Source: Scyliorhinus canicula (lineage: Eukaryota). From it: 64,000 nucleotides of DNA. The position numbers and the translations under genes are program-made. The notes under the pieces were generated by a model that was not told where the DNA came from, ran no database searches, and worked only from the letters and a program-made list of their open reading frames with translations. Within the stretch, counting starts at the first letter, position 1, and every line of letters begins with the position of its first letter. Location: NCBI RefSeq assembly GCF_902713615.1, contig NC_052165.1, positions 70,571,480 to 70,635,479 of the forward strand, given 5' to 3'. Below, in pieces: positions 37,433 to 50,152 of the stretch.

Positions 37433-38934
37433 CAGAATAATATGATTAACTCCGATTCCGAACCGGCCATAAGGGTAAGCACCACATTGAACAACTGCCT
37501 CCCACTGGACAACAACCTCCGTCCCTTCACAAACCCCATCTGGTCACCCCCCCCCAACACCTCCGAAAGGCAAGACTCAATCCAACCTTAATGCCAACAC
37601 CTTGACCAATAATTTGGCATCTACATTCAACAGGGACATCAGGCGATACGAGCTGTACTCTGCAGGGTCTTTATCCGTTTTTCAGGAGAGATATAGACGC
37701 CTGCCCAGTGTCTCTGGGAGTGTGCCCCTCACAAAGAGTCCGCCTAAACGTGACCAGCAGCAAAGGACCCAACTGATCCGAAAACCTCTTATAAAATTCC
37801 ACCGGGAACCCATCCAGCCCAGGTGCCTCAACGTTATCTGAATCTCCTCCCAGCCCAGTGGTGTCTCCAGGTCCTCCCACAATTCCTTCCCCACTGTGGG
37901 AATTTCCAAACTCCCTGCCCCCCCCCCAGAATTCTGCCATTCCCTGTTTGACTTCCAGCAGTTCCCACCTATACAACCTCTCATAAAAGGCCGTAAACAC
38001 TCCATTCATTAGGGGCAAAGACCAGCCTACCTTCTGAATCCCTAACCTAAACAATCTCCCTGGTTGCCTCCTACCATCTTAGTTGGTGAGTTGTGAGCCA
38101 AGGGACCGTTAGCCTTTTTTCCATACTCGTACATTGCCCCTTTCGCGCCCCTCAGTTGATGCACCACCCAGTCTGTGGACATCAGGTCAACTGCAGTTAA
38201 GAACTCCCGTATAGCCCTCAAAATCCTCACACAGAAACCCAAGTCTGAGAGCAGCCCTACGTCTAATCACCATCCCTTTACGATGCTCCCAACCGACCTC
38301 CAATATCCAGGTCCACCCAATGTGGAGCATGGTCTGAAATAATCATTGTCGAATATTCAGCCTTCTTCACCCCAGCGAGAAGAGTCCCGACACGTAATAA
38401 AATCCTCGAGCACACCTTGTGTCCCGAGGGTTTAATAAAAAAGAACTCCTTCACCTGGAATGCGTAAACCATCACGGATCGACCCCCACCCCCTTCTCCA
38501 TAAACGCAGACAATAGCATTGACATCCCTGCCAGGACCAATTTCGGCCTGGAGCTGTCCACCTTCGGGTCCAACACGATTCCGATCACCCCCAAATCAAC
38601 TAGTGGGTGTCTAGATCCGGTACTGTAGTCATCAACCGTTTCATAAATAGTACATCGTCCCAATTTGGTGCGTACACATTCACTAGCACAACTGAATTCC
38701 CCTCTAGTGTACCGGCCACCATAATATACCGTCCCCTGTGATCAGCTACGGCCCTCTCCACCCAGAACTGCACCCTCTTATTAATTAAAATCGCCATTCC
38801 CTAGGCCCAACTATCAAAGCCCGTGAATCACCTTGCTCACCCAATCTTTACGCAGCCTTAATCTGGTCCGGTACCTGCAAATGTGTCTCATAAAAATACC
38901 ACGTCTGCTCCCAGACTCTTTAAACGTGCAAGGG

Positions 38935-39655
38935 AAGACAGTGGCATAGTGGTATTATCATTGGACTAGTATTTCAGAGACCCAGAGTAATGCACTGGTG
39001 TCCTGGTTTTGAATCCCGCCATGGCAGCTGGTGAAATTTGATTTCAATAAAGATCTGGAATTAAATGTCTAATAATGGCCATGAATCCATTGCCGATTGT
39101 CGTGAAAACCCATCTGATTCACTAATGTTCAGTAGGGATGGAAATCTGTCGTTCTTACCTGGTGCGGCTTACATGTGACTCCATATCCACAGCAATATGT
39201 TTGACTCAATTGGGCAGCATGGTAGCATTGTGGATAGCACAATCGCTTCACAGCTCCAGGGTCCCAGGTTCGATTCCGGCTTGGGTCACTGTCTGTGCGG
39301 AGTCTGCACATCCTCCCCATGTGTGCGTGGGTTTCCTCCGGGTGCTCCGGTTTCCTCCCACAGTCCAAAGATGTGCAAGTTAGGTGGATTGGACATGATA
39401 AATTGCCCTTAGTGTCCAAAATTGCCCTTAGTGTTGGGTGGGGTTACTGGGTTATGGGGATAGGGTGGACGTGTTAACCTTGGGTAGGGTGCTCTTTCCA
39501 GGAGCCGGTGCAGCCTCGATGGGCTGAATGGCCTCCTTCTGCACTGTAAATTCTATGATCTATGACTCTTGTATGTCCCCGGTGATGGGCAATAAATGCT
39601 GGCCCTGCCAGCGACACTCAAATCCCAGGCGAATTTTAAAAAGAATTAAATAAAA
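38935..39655 (+). mobile_element. tRNA-derived SINE, type E (gtggcatagtggtatt..ggactag head), interrupted by a type B SINE
   Basis: Homologous to 44160-44550 and 52030-52612. Confidence 0.82.
39212..39565 (+). mobile_element. Full-length HE1-like SINE (type B)
   Basis: gggcagcatggtagc head, V-domain core, ggcctccttctgcactgtaaattctatga tail. Confidence 0.92.
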
Positions 39656-41361
39656 ACCATCGCCCTATTTATTGGTCCCCCCAGGCCTCGTACATTCAAG
39701 GTGGCTAATCTTGTCGGGGGCCTCTCACCCCCACCCCTTCCATCCCCCTCGAGTCAACCATTACCACCGTGATGCCCTCATGCCCTCACCAATTTCAAGG
39801 TCCCAAGCCCATCAACCGGTGAGACAAAAAAATCCACTGGTTACTGTTAACCCCCTAACTGAAAGAACCTCTCTGCAAAGTATTCCGGTGGTCTCGGGCC
39901 CTGCAGTCCCTCCGCCAAACTCAATACTCAGATTCAGGTGTCTCGACCTGTTCACCACGAGCAGCATTTCAGCTTCCAACAATGCAAGCTGACCTTCAAG
40001 CCTGGACAAGGCCTTCGTCCATGCCCTTCTGTGTCTCCCCTTATTGCTTCACAGCTTTGGCAGTCGTGTCCAGCTGCTCTCATATCGAGCCCAATGCCTG
40101 TTGATGGTGGCTTTAAACGACTCTTTAATCTCCTTTGCTTGCCACTCAAATTTCTCATCCATCCGCCTTCCAAACTTCTCCAACTCCTGCTCCATCACCC
40201 CCGCCAGCATGATGGGTTCGGCCGCCTCCGCCATCTTTTCTCCCACAAATTCCTTTGTCGGGCCACCAGCCGGGAGATTCTTTCCCATGGCCTGTTTTGT
40301 TGAGGATTTTGACATTCCTCTGTCGACTATCCATTCTCCACTGCAACCTGCTGGGTTGGAACACAAAATCTCCCAAAAGAAATAAGCAAAAGGGATCAAG
40401 ATACAAGGACCTTTGCAGGAGCCAAATTTTGTGCAACATGCCATCACTGGAAGTCCCATTTTGCTATCATTAAAGGGGTTTATAAATATAAGTCAGTTTG
40501 ATACTGTCATAAAATATGGTGCAATATGAATTCTATGACACTAGGACATTCCTAAGACAAGGCAAAGTGCTGAGTAAAGTGGGCAGCAGGGTGTCAGGAT
40601 ACTGGCACAATCAGAAAAAGTAGCTTGGTCGTCTTCAAGTTGCTTTTAAGAACTAGAACACCTAGAGAATTGTGGCTAATTCCCACTGCCAAGCAAAGCT
40701 ACTCATTTTGAGATGTCACTGGCTGCACCAACAATAGTGCAAAAATGCATTTATAGTTGGAGAATTCTGCTTAACACAGCAAGAAAAACAAACCTCATCT
40801 TCCTATAATGTTTTAACGGTTAATATTTTAGTTGAGTGTTCAACACTTCTTGTATTCTTACTACTGTGGTTCCTGAGGCACAATAGAGTGGCATTAAACT
40901 GAATTCATTGGCATAGCATGGGTCTGTTTGCAATTTATTCTGCTGAGTACTGTCCACCTAGTTGCGGGAGTTTCCGGTTGTAAGCAGTGGACAGTAAATC
41001 CATCATAAATTATGACAGTAAACCCATCATATATTAACCACAGACATTATCCTGAAGATTCAGCATGGTCAGCTTTGGTACACGAGATTTTTTTGCCAAC
41101 TTCATTGAGCTTTGCACACAGTGAATTTTTAAATGATTGAAAAATTAAAAAATAGTCCAGCGGGACCCATAATTCACAATATCCTTCCGATGTTACAATG
41201 GTGACACTTCAAATGCTTCATTGGCTGCAAAGTGCTTTGGGACAACCTGGGGTTATGAAAAATGTTATATAAATGTCAGTCTTTTCTGGCATCTGTTACC
41301 CTCACAAATCTATTTTGTCACTAATTTCTCTGCATTTGAACTGTTTGCATTCTGTACGAAG

Positions 41362-41367
41362 AAAATG
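41362..41367 (+). CDS. Candidate 6-nt microexon (AAAATG) of an unidentified host gene
   Basis: 80-nt AG-free zone, branch point CACTAAT 41319-41325, two TGC motifs, AAG acceptor, and a consensus ATG|GTAAGT donor. Confidence 0.5.
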
Positions 41368-41551
41368 GTAAGTGTTATGCACAGGCATTTAAAAAAGAAA
41401 AGGGAATGTGGTGACTAGGGGCTTTTCACAGTAACTTCATTTGAAGCCTACTTGTGACAATAAGCGATTTTCATTTCATTATATAGGGCCCTGCAATGTC
41501 TTGAAGGCCTTTGCCATCAGTTACATGTAGCAGAGCAAACTGCACCTTGTC

Positions 41552-41937
41552 ACCCGTGGCTCAGTTGGTAGCACTCAGGTATAGCGTTATGAGTTTGAGT
41601 CTCATTCTAGGACTCTGAGCAAAACAAATCAAAACTGGCACTCCGGTGCAGCACTGTGGAAGTGCTGACCGTTGAATGCTGTCTTTGAGATGAGATGTCA
41701 AACTAAGCACAGTCTAGCCGTTTAAGATAGGGTTTAAAAGTCTTGTGGCACTAGAATCAATATCATCAGTATCATGTATATTATCATTTACACATTGCTG
41801 TTGAGAGCTTGCTGCATGCAAATTGGCAGTAATGTTTCTCATCACAATGACTGCACTTAAAAGTAATTTGTTGGCTATTAACTGATTGAGAATGTCCTAT
41901 ATTCGTGAAAGGCACGATATAAATGTAAGTTTTTTGA
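41552..41937 (+). mobile_element. DeuSINE (SacSINE1-like), near full length and old
   Basis: gtggctcagttggtagcac A box; cactccggtgcagcactg..gtctttgagatgagatg core; gaaaggcacgatataaatg tail. Confidence 0.75.
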
Positions 41938-41965
41938 AGAAATATTGTATTGGGGGTTGAAACGT

Positions 41966-42530
41966 GCTGCACGGTAGCATGGTGGTTAGCACAGTTGCGT
42001 CACAGCTCCAGAGTCCCAGGTTCGATTCCCAGTTTCGGTCACTGTGTGGATTCTGCACGTTCTCCCCGTGTGTGCGTAGGTTTCCTCCGGGTGCTCAGGT
42101 TGCCTCCCACAGTCCAAAGATGTGCGGGTTAGGTGGATTGGCCATGCTAAATTGCCCTTAGTGTCCAAAAAGGTTAATTGGGGTTACTGGGTTTAAAAAA
42201 AAAACTTTAGAGTGCCCAATAAAGGGGCAATTTAGCATGGCCAATTCACCTGCCCTGTACATCTTCGGGTTGTGGGGATGAACCCACACAGACACGGGGA
42301 GAATGTGTAAACTCCACACAGGTGGTGACTCGGGGCCGGGATTGAACCGGGTCCTCAGCACTGTGAGGCAGCAGTGCTAACCACTGTGCCACCGTGCCGC
42401 ATGGGGTTACTGGGTTAAGGGGGATGGGGTGGAGGAGGTGTGCTTGAGTGGGGTGCTCTTTCCAAAGGCCGGTGCAGACCAGATGGGCCAAATGGCCTCC
42501 TTCTGTACTGTAAATTCTATGATTCTATGA
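41966..42530 (+). mobile_element. Type B SINE carrying an antisense type A SINE (42194-42400)
   Basis: Nested copy flanked by tggggttactgggtt at 42179-42193 and 42402-42416. Confidence 0.9.
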
Positions 42531-42920
42531 AATTGGCATCTAATCTTAATCAATGGTGTAGATTGAGTTTACTCTGCAATGGCAGCTATCCTTTTTTATT
42601 ATTTTGACTTCTCTGTTTCTCAATAAACACAATATTATCTATCTCCCTTTTAAATATGCAAGTCATTGTTTTTATCTATAACTTTCTTGAATGCAGTGTG
42701 CCACATCTTCACACGTTGCATGAACCAGTGTTTTGTGGATTGGCCATAAAAGCGAGTTTGTCCTAATTCTAAAATAGTGTTGCCTTTTCCTCTGCTTCCC
42801 ATACCAAGAGAGGGGAGCCAAAAATGTCAGTTTACCCTTTCCCCCCCCTCTTCAAAACTGTTAATGAATTCAGTTAATTATTGTCACTTCTCAGGATGTT
42901 CCGTTATAACTAAATTCCTG

Positions 42921-43580
42921 GGCGGGATTCTCCCAAATGGAGGCAGAGTGAACGTCGTCGCGTTTCATGACGGCGCAAAACTGGCGCGGGCACTACCGAT
43001 TTTGGCTCCCATAGGGGGTCAGCACAGCGCTGGAGTGGTTCAAGCCTCTCCAGCCTCCTTTCCCCGTGCCACCCCGTGCATGCGCATTGGCACCGTGCCA
43101 CCCCTTGCATGTGCAGTGGTGCCGCGCCAACCCGGGCATGCGCATTGGCACCGTGCCAAACCGCGCATGCACGTGGGACTTCCTCAACGCGCCGGTCCTG
43201 ACGCAACATGATGTAGGGGTTCAGGGTCCGGTTGCGTAACAAGATATGGCCAGGGCTGGAGAGGCCGGCCCGCCAATCGGTGGGCCCCAATCGCGGGCCA
43301 GACCCCATCAGAGGCCCCCCCGGTGAAGGAGCCCCCACCTCCCCCCCCCCCCCCCCCCCCCCCCCCACCCCCACAGGCCGCTCACCCCCCCGATCCTGCG
43401 CGCAGAGTTCCCACTGCCTGCGAGAAAGTGTGGACGGCACCGGTGGGACAGCGGCCTGGCACCGCACCAAACGCCCCGGCACAAATGGCGCCAATTCTCC
43501 GCTCCTCGGAGAATCGCGTGCAGGCATCAGGGCGGCGTGGCGTGGTTGCAGCGATTCTCCGGTGCGGGGCTCAGAGAATG
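42921..43580. mobile_element. GC-rich Harbinger-like MITE, family 1
   Basis: ctg|ggcgggattctccc start; internal gcatgcgcattggcaccgtgcca repeats. Confidence 0.8.
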
Positions 43581-44159
43581 TCTGGTTTATTACTTAAAAC
43601 AAAATTAAAATTGTCTGCTTCCGTGCTGGTACTGATTGGTAATTCTGACTAATTGCACTATAAAGTAAAAACTGCTGTGATGAATGTTAGTTTGAACATG
43701 TGTTTTTGGTAATTTGAATGCACTCCTCCTGCTCATTTTCCTTACAAGTTAAAATCGTACCATCATTTTTTTCTCTTGATGACTATAAATGCCAAGCCAC
43801 AAAATAGCAAAAGCTGATACAGTCCTCATGAAAGCTGACAATTCAAAATGGCCCTGATCATAAGGCTGTGTGACCTGAAAATAAATAGTTGCATAACATT
43901 TTTAATTTGAGCTTTGGATTCACTTAATTATTTTACTTGCATTGGAAAGAAAAGCATTAAATTTTGAAGGAAAATTTATGTTGGACAAGAAAAAACATTG
44001 TAGGCGCATTTTTAGGAAGGGTGTGAGGAATGCTGTCTTCAAATATTATTTTTAATATGGAAAAATTATGTTCAGGCATTTTTATACATGATAGTTGACA
44101 GATTTTTAATCCTGAAAATCTCAATGTTAATTTGTTATGCACCAGACCATCACTTTCTA

Positions 44160-44550
44160 AGTTTTTTTTAAGTTCATTTATGGGATGTGGGCATCACTGG
44201 CTGTGCCAACATATGTTGCCCATCCCTAATTGCTCTTGAACTGAGTGGCTTGCTGGGCCATTTCAGAGAGCATTTGAGAGTCAACTAAATCGCTATGGGT
44301 CTGGAGTCGCATGTAGGCCAGACCAGGTAAGGATGAGAGATCGCCTTCTCTAAAGGACATTAGTGAAGCAGGTGAGTTTTTAAGATTATCGACAGTAGTT
44401 TCAGGGTCATCGTACACGTTTAATTCCAGTTTTGTATTGAATTCAAATTTCACCACTTGTCATGGTGGGATTCAAACTCGGTCCCCAGAGCATTACTCTG
44501 GGTCTCTGGATTACTCGTCCAGTGACAGCACCACTTTGCCACTGCCTCTA
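44160..44550 (-). mobile_element. Type E SINE
   Basis: Reverse complement of the 52030-52612 family. Confidence 0.85.
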
Positions 44551-45606
44551 GCACTGCCTCCCCCTGAACCTGATACTCACATGCCACACTTAACCCTTTG
44601 CAAGCTGACAATCTTCTCTCTCGCTCTCTCCTCAATCTCAAATTTAAACTGCTACTCTTCACGCTTCCAACTCTGCTCAAAGTCGTGCTCCTCTTCCACC
44701 CTGTCCATATTTAATGCTGGCACTCTTTTTTTCAAACCTAAATGAATGCTGACTGTTAATGTTCACACTATCCTTCCTTCTGTGCCAAACTGCCGCACTG
44801 TCATCAATTCCTCATTGCGATTCCTGTGTTTGCTTTCTCTCCCTCTCCCTAAAGATACTGAGTTAAAGATCAGCTATGATATAACTGAATGGTAGAATAG
44901 GCTTGATCTGACAAGTGGTTGCGAAGCGCTTTTAATTTAAGGATGAATGCCTGCTCTTTTTTCGATTTAATTTCTGCCCTCGCCTCTCTCCCCTCTTTCC
45001 CCAGTCCCTATTCCTCAGTCTCAAGTCTATATGAGCTTAAGCATTGCTGCTGATGGGCTGGACTGACCTTCATCCTGTCAATCCAGTTCCTCCACTAAAG
45101 GATGTGATACTGACCATCCTATATTTCACACTCTTATTACCATTCTTGTGTGAATTCCTATCTGCAGTACACAACAGGCATAATGGCTCCTGTTAGCATT
45201 AAGAGGAGAGAACTACAGTCTAATTATTAAGCAGATTCGAGTAAGAAATACCAGGGACTTGACCGATAAACATTTAGTTAGCAAATACTGAGGGGGTCAG
45301 CTTTGATGATTATTATGTACACAGAATTCTGATTTGCATATAGATGTATATACATTACATATATTCCTCTCGAGTCATACAAGTAATGGTGGGGTAACAG
45401 TGGGTAGGAGGGTTATTTCAAATGCTCCTGTCAGGAATTTTCATCCTTTCCTGTTATCTCTACTGTGCCTGCTGGTTGCAATCCTTTCGATTACTTCCTC
45501 TTATGGATTAACAGCTGATTAGAATTAATTTTTAACAATTCTCCCATTTTAAGTTTGAAGTGCTGTTTATTCTTGAGTACAGTCCTTGCTGTCCAATCAG
45601 TCATTG

Positions 45607-45822
45607 TTTTTTAATAAATTTAGAGCATCCTATAATTATTTTTCCAATTAAGAGGCAATTAAGTGTGACCAATCCAACTACCCTGCATATCTTTGGGTTT
45701 GGGGGTGAAACCCACGCAGTCACGGGGAGAATATGCACGAACAGTGACCCGAGGTCGGGATCGAACCCAGGTCCTTGATGACATCAGGTGGCAGTGCTAA
45801 CCACTAAGCCACCATGCCGCTC
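45607..45822 (-). mobile_element. Type A SINE
   Basis: Flanking aa(t/c)cagtcattg direct repeat. Confidence 0.85.
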
Positions 45823-46099
45823 CTAACCAGTCATTGAACTGATTGTCAACTTTCATTGTTATCCACTTTCACTATTAAACTTGTCAGCCCTGTCTGCAGA
45901 TGGGCATAGGGATGATCATAGGCAGAACTATGAAGCAAATTTATAGTGCCTTTAATGTAGAAGGTGTTATGGTTTTAAGCATTTTGCAGGAAAGGTTTCT
46001 TGTTTTAAACTGATAGATATTTGATATTGTCTTCAGAATAAGATAGTGAAGTTCACAAATGCATGCACCAAATGTCCTGTACCTATAAGGAGGTACTTA

Positions 46100-46710
46100 T
46101 GAGGAGGAACTACTACTTGCAGAGGGTAGTGAATTTGTGGAACTAGCTGTCCCACAGTGCGGTGAAATCCGAGTCATTAAATGGTTTCAAGAAGGGGATA
46201 AATATATTTCTGATTTTAAAAAGGAGTTAAAGCAGGGGTGGGCAAACTGTGGCCCGCCAAAGGTCTTTATGCGGCCCACCAAGTCATTAAAAAAAAATAA
46301 CTGTTTAAAAAAATTTTTTTTTTTTTTTTTAATTTTAAAAATTTTTTTAAGGTTAATGTGGGGGGCTGTTGGGTTACTTACTGGTATAGAGTGGATACGT
46401 TGACTTGAGTAGGGCGATCATTGCTCGGCACAACGTCGAGGTTCTATGTTCTATATGAGGCGCCCAGAATCATAACCGGGTGAAGTAATTATTTTACTTA
46501 ATATACTATGCGGCCCTTTAAAATTATGAATTTCTGAATGTGGCCCTTGCATGGAAAAGTTTGCCCACCCCTGAGTTAAAGGGATATGGGGAACAGGTGG
46601 GGAGGTGGATTTGAGACCAGGAAGAGGTCAGCCATGATCTGATTGAATGGTGGAGCAGACTCGAAGAGCTGAATTGTCTACTTCTGCTCCTAATTCCTAT
46701 GTTCCTGTGT
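46100..46710 (+). mobile_element. CR1 3' end fragment interrupted by a hAT MITE
   Basis: gagggtagtgaatttgtggaa...tcagccatgatctgattgaatgg...ctacttctgctcctaattcctatgttc. Confidence 0.85.
46233..46573. mobile_element. hAT (Charlie-like) MITE, 16-bp TIR, 8-bp TSD
   Basis: Perfect TIR CAGGGGTGGGCAAACT; AGTTAAAG at 46225-46232 and 46574-46581; ggccc subterminal motifs. Confidence 0.95.
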
Positions 46711-48204
46711 ATAAGAAGTGGTCATTTCAAAATGAGCAGTTTTGCTGTGTTTTGACTGATTAGCAATTGGAAATGTTTCTATTATGCAATGTTTTGAAGG
46801 AAGGATAATCCATAGGAATGTTTTTCAAAGTTTGAAATTGTGCAAAATAGAAACCTTATTTATTGCTACTGTGCAAGTACACTATAGTAGATTAAACAAC
46901 TTCAGAAAATACCCTCAGGAGCTCCCTACATGTGCAAAATTCCATGAATTTGAAATGTTGAAAAATATGGTAATGATTCATAAAAATGTATTGTATGTAT
47001 CAAAGATACTTGTGTGCTATGCCTGCTTTAAACATCATTGACATGTGTAAAGATACACATCCTTTCCATTCCATTCCTTAATCGACCTTTTGTTTTGGGG
47101 AATTTTCAATTTACTGTTAAGTTCTGAAGTGAAGGGTCATTTGACCCATCCCCCCACTCCTTCCATTATACTTGGGTTGTCCAAATTTAGCACCAACAAA
47201 CCAGAGGTTGTGGACTTCGAAACACAGGCCTATTTGTGCTTGTACCGTTTGATCAATTGTGTTAATTTTAATTTTTTGGGCTTGGGGGTTTATAAAGCTC
47301 TTTTGTGATTAAAGTTTAACATCAGAACATTGAGATCTCTTTGTATCAGCATCTTTCAGACATGTGCAAGGATTTTAAACTTTGTATATGGCCACTCTGC
47401 ATCCCAAGAGACAGATAGCATGTACTCAACTGCAAGCTCCGATGACACTTGAAAAAAGTGCCCATTTTATTGATTTGGTGAAAAAATTGAATGGCCATCA
47501 GTTAAAATACATTTGAATGTAAGAAAAAGGAGAAGGAGTGGGCCATATGGTCCCTCAAGCTTACTGTGCCCATCAATGATCGAACTACACCAACTCCACT
47601 TTCCCACCCTAATCCCATAGCACTTGATTCCCCTTGTGACAAGAGTGGCTAGTATCCCCAGGGATGTGCAGTAGAATCGGACACATCCCTATTACAGCAA
47701 CTCTGCTCACAGCAGGAAAGCAGCAGTCGTCTGTTGTGGGTCTAGAGAAGGATGGCAATCTATTGATGAGGCAGAAAGTTGACCACCCATTGGGCCTGTG
47801 TCCCCTGACATTGCGGTGCTTCGCATTCATATAATACAAGCCATGTTCTTTCCCAGTGAATGGCACTGGACCTCTTAGTATCTCATCGAGCAATTTGAAT
47901 AGCACAATTCGGGGATTCTCCATTCAGGGTGAAATCACAAGCTGGCAGTATGCTTTATAAAGTGTAACATCTGTAAAACAAGGCCCCATTTCTACTGGAA
48001 AAGAAAGACTTGCATTTATATAGACCTTTTCATGACTACTGGACCTCTCAAAACACTTTACAACAATGAAGTACTTTTATTTGAATTTTATTTACTGTTA
48101 TAATGTAGTAAATGAGGGCAGCATGGTGGCGCAGTGGTTAACACTGCTGTCTCACAGCACCAAGGACCTGGGTTCGATTGCAAAAAAGGTCCATATGTTC
48201 GATA

Positions 48205-48595
48205 GCAGAACTGAGGTTACACTTATCAGGAAAGGCTAAACAGGCTAGGTCAGTCTTCTGCAGATAGTAGAAGGCTGAAGGGTGACCTATCAGAGATTTT
48301 TAAGATTAGGAAAGGATAAGATAGGGTAAATGTTTGATATAAATCCCATAGAGAATTCAGGGGAAACTTTAACCCAAGAGTGGAAAGAATGTGGAAAAGT
48401 CACTCCCACAAGGAGTAGTCAAGGCAAATAGAACAGGACCATTCAAGGGGGAGTTCAAAACGCACATGGATGAAGGGATGGAAGAATATGCTTATCGATG
48501 ATGAGGAAGAGGGGCTGGAGGAGGTTTGTGTGGAACATAAACAGCAGCAGTTAGATGATTGACCTATTTCTGTGTTGTAGACTCTATGTAACTAT
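48205..48595 (+). mobile_element. CR1 3' fragment
   Basis: Y.ERL.RL...RRL.GDL..IFKI remnants. Confidence 0.75.
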
Positions 48596-48929
48596 TCAAA
48601 TGATTGTCTTAATGGTTGGTTGTTCACTTTACATATCTTGGTTGTTTACAATTAATGCAGCATTAATTCTAATCCTAAATGCTCAAAACAATATCCCTAA
48701 ATTGCCCTAACCCCTCTGCTAATCCCTTTTTTAAACTGGGGAATTATTTTATTTCTAATGGTGATATTCTCTGACTACCTAGTTATTCTTTTAAGCCATG
48801 CCTTCAATTGCTTGCATGTTATGACATCATATTTCCATATCCTTACTTATGCCAATTTATCTAAATCTCTCTCCCAAATAAATTTTAGCACAAAATTTTT
48901 CTTAGTGTTGCATGAGTTAAGTAAAATCA

Positions 48930-49160
48930 GGCAGCATGGTGGTGCAGTGGTTAGCACCGCTTCCTCATGGCGCCAAGATCCCAGGTTCGATCCTAACCCT
49001 GGGTCACTGTCCGTTTGAAGTTTGCACATTCTCCCTGTGTTTGCGTGGGTTTTACCCCCACAACCTCAGAAAGATGAGCAGAGTAGATGGATTGGCCACA
49101 CTAAATTGCCCCTTCATTGGAAAAAATGAATTGGGTACTCTAAATTTATTTTTGAAAAAT
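48930..49160 (+). mobile_element. Type A SINE
   Basis: Full head, core and tail. Confidence 0.88.
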
Positions 49161-49899
49161 GATTTAAGCAAAGTCTACAAAGCTGAACTTCTACAAGATT
49201 TGTCCAAGCCTACTAGGAAAACCAAAAACTGCAGATTATTAATTAAACATTAGTATATGAATTATTTAGTGCAAACCAATTGCAGATCAGATTCCCATGG
49301 GCTGAGCACAAGGTTCCATATAATTTTTGATGGTCATTTAACTATCAACTCTTGTTAGTATAAATATTCACTCCGGTCCATTTTTTTTAGCTTTAAACTA
49401 TTGTTAATGTAAATATTCACTCCATTTCAAAGGACATAGTTAATGCAGTTTACTTGCAGATTTCTGCAATTCTTTGAAGTGCCAGGAAGCGATGAAACTT
49501 TATATATTTTGTCCTGTCCCAGGCTTGTCATTTCTATTCCTCTATGTTGTAGATTAAACTCTGAAGTAAATAACCAGTTTGTTTGTGTATTTACTTCAAA
49601 TTTTCAAAGAGTTGGACCGTGTACCCGTGTAATCATCATTATAATAGAAGCAATTTATAGGTATGTCAGCCTGTTGTGACTTTTCAGTCACAGTCATAGG
49701 GCTAGTTTCAAGCGACTGGAGTCATACTCATCTGCCAGTACTGTTTTTTCAACCAACACTATCATTCTTTATGTATGTGCCAGGCACAGTTTGGAACTGG
49801 TTCACCCTGCAGCACTTCCTTCACCCCCTGAAAAGTGAATGTCTGTTGCTGCTGGAACAGGGGCGCTCAGCAAGTTTTGATTAATGGTGGCATGGGCTA

Positions 49900-50152
49900 G
49901 GGCAGCACGGTGGCCTAGTGGTTAGCACAACTGCCTCACGGACTGAGGTCCCAGGTTCGATCCCGGCTCTGGGTCGCTGTCCGTGTGGAGTTTGCACATT
50001 CTCCCCGTGTCTGCGTGGGTTTCGCCCCCATAATCCCAAAAAAAATGTGGAGAGTAGGTGGATTGGCCACGCTAAATTGCCCCTTAATTGGAAAAAAATA
50101 ATTGGGTAATCTAAATTTATAAATAAAAAAATTTTTAAATAAATTTTTTTTA
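49900..50152 (+). mobile_element. Type A SINE, 16-bp TSD
   Basis: aatggtggcatgggct on both sides. Confidence 0.92.

Larger units (their letters stand above)
36190..40456 (-). mobile_element. Long decayed L1: 5' UTR, ORF1 remnant, ORF2 EN and RT, with several nested SINEs
   Basis: AILINKRV...LVNVYAPN (EN), ISDHAP, APGLDGFPVEFYKRF, RGTRQEYPMSPLFALAIE (RT); ORF1-like KE-rich peptide at 39950-40340. Confidence 0.9.

Noticed and set aside
33510-40456. Opposed L1 segments as a twin-priming inversion
   Set aside because: The segments are tail-to-tail and overlap in ORF2 content (both include the YYWAA region), so they are separate copies.
49562-49598. 11-bp inverted repeat tgaagtaaata / tatttacttca as a pre-miRNA
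   Set aside because: Stem too short and AT-rich; no recognisable mature miRNA.
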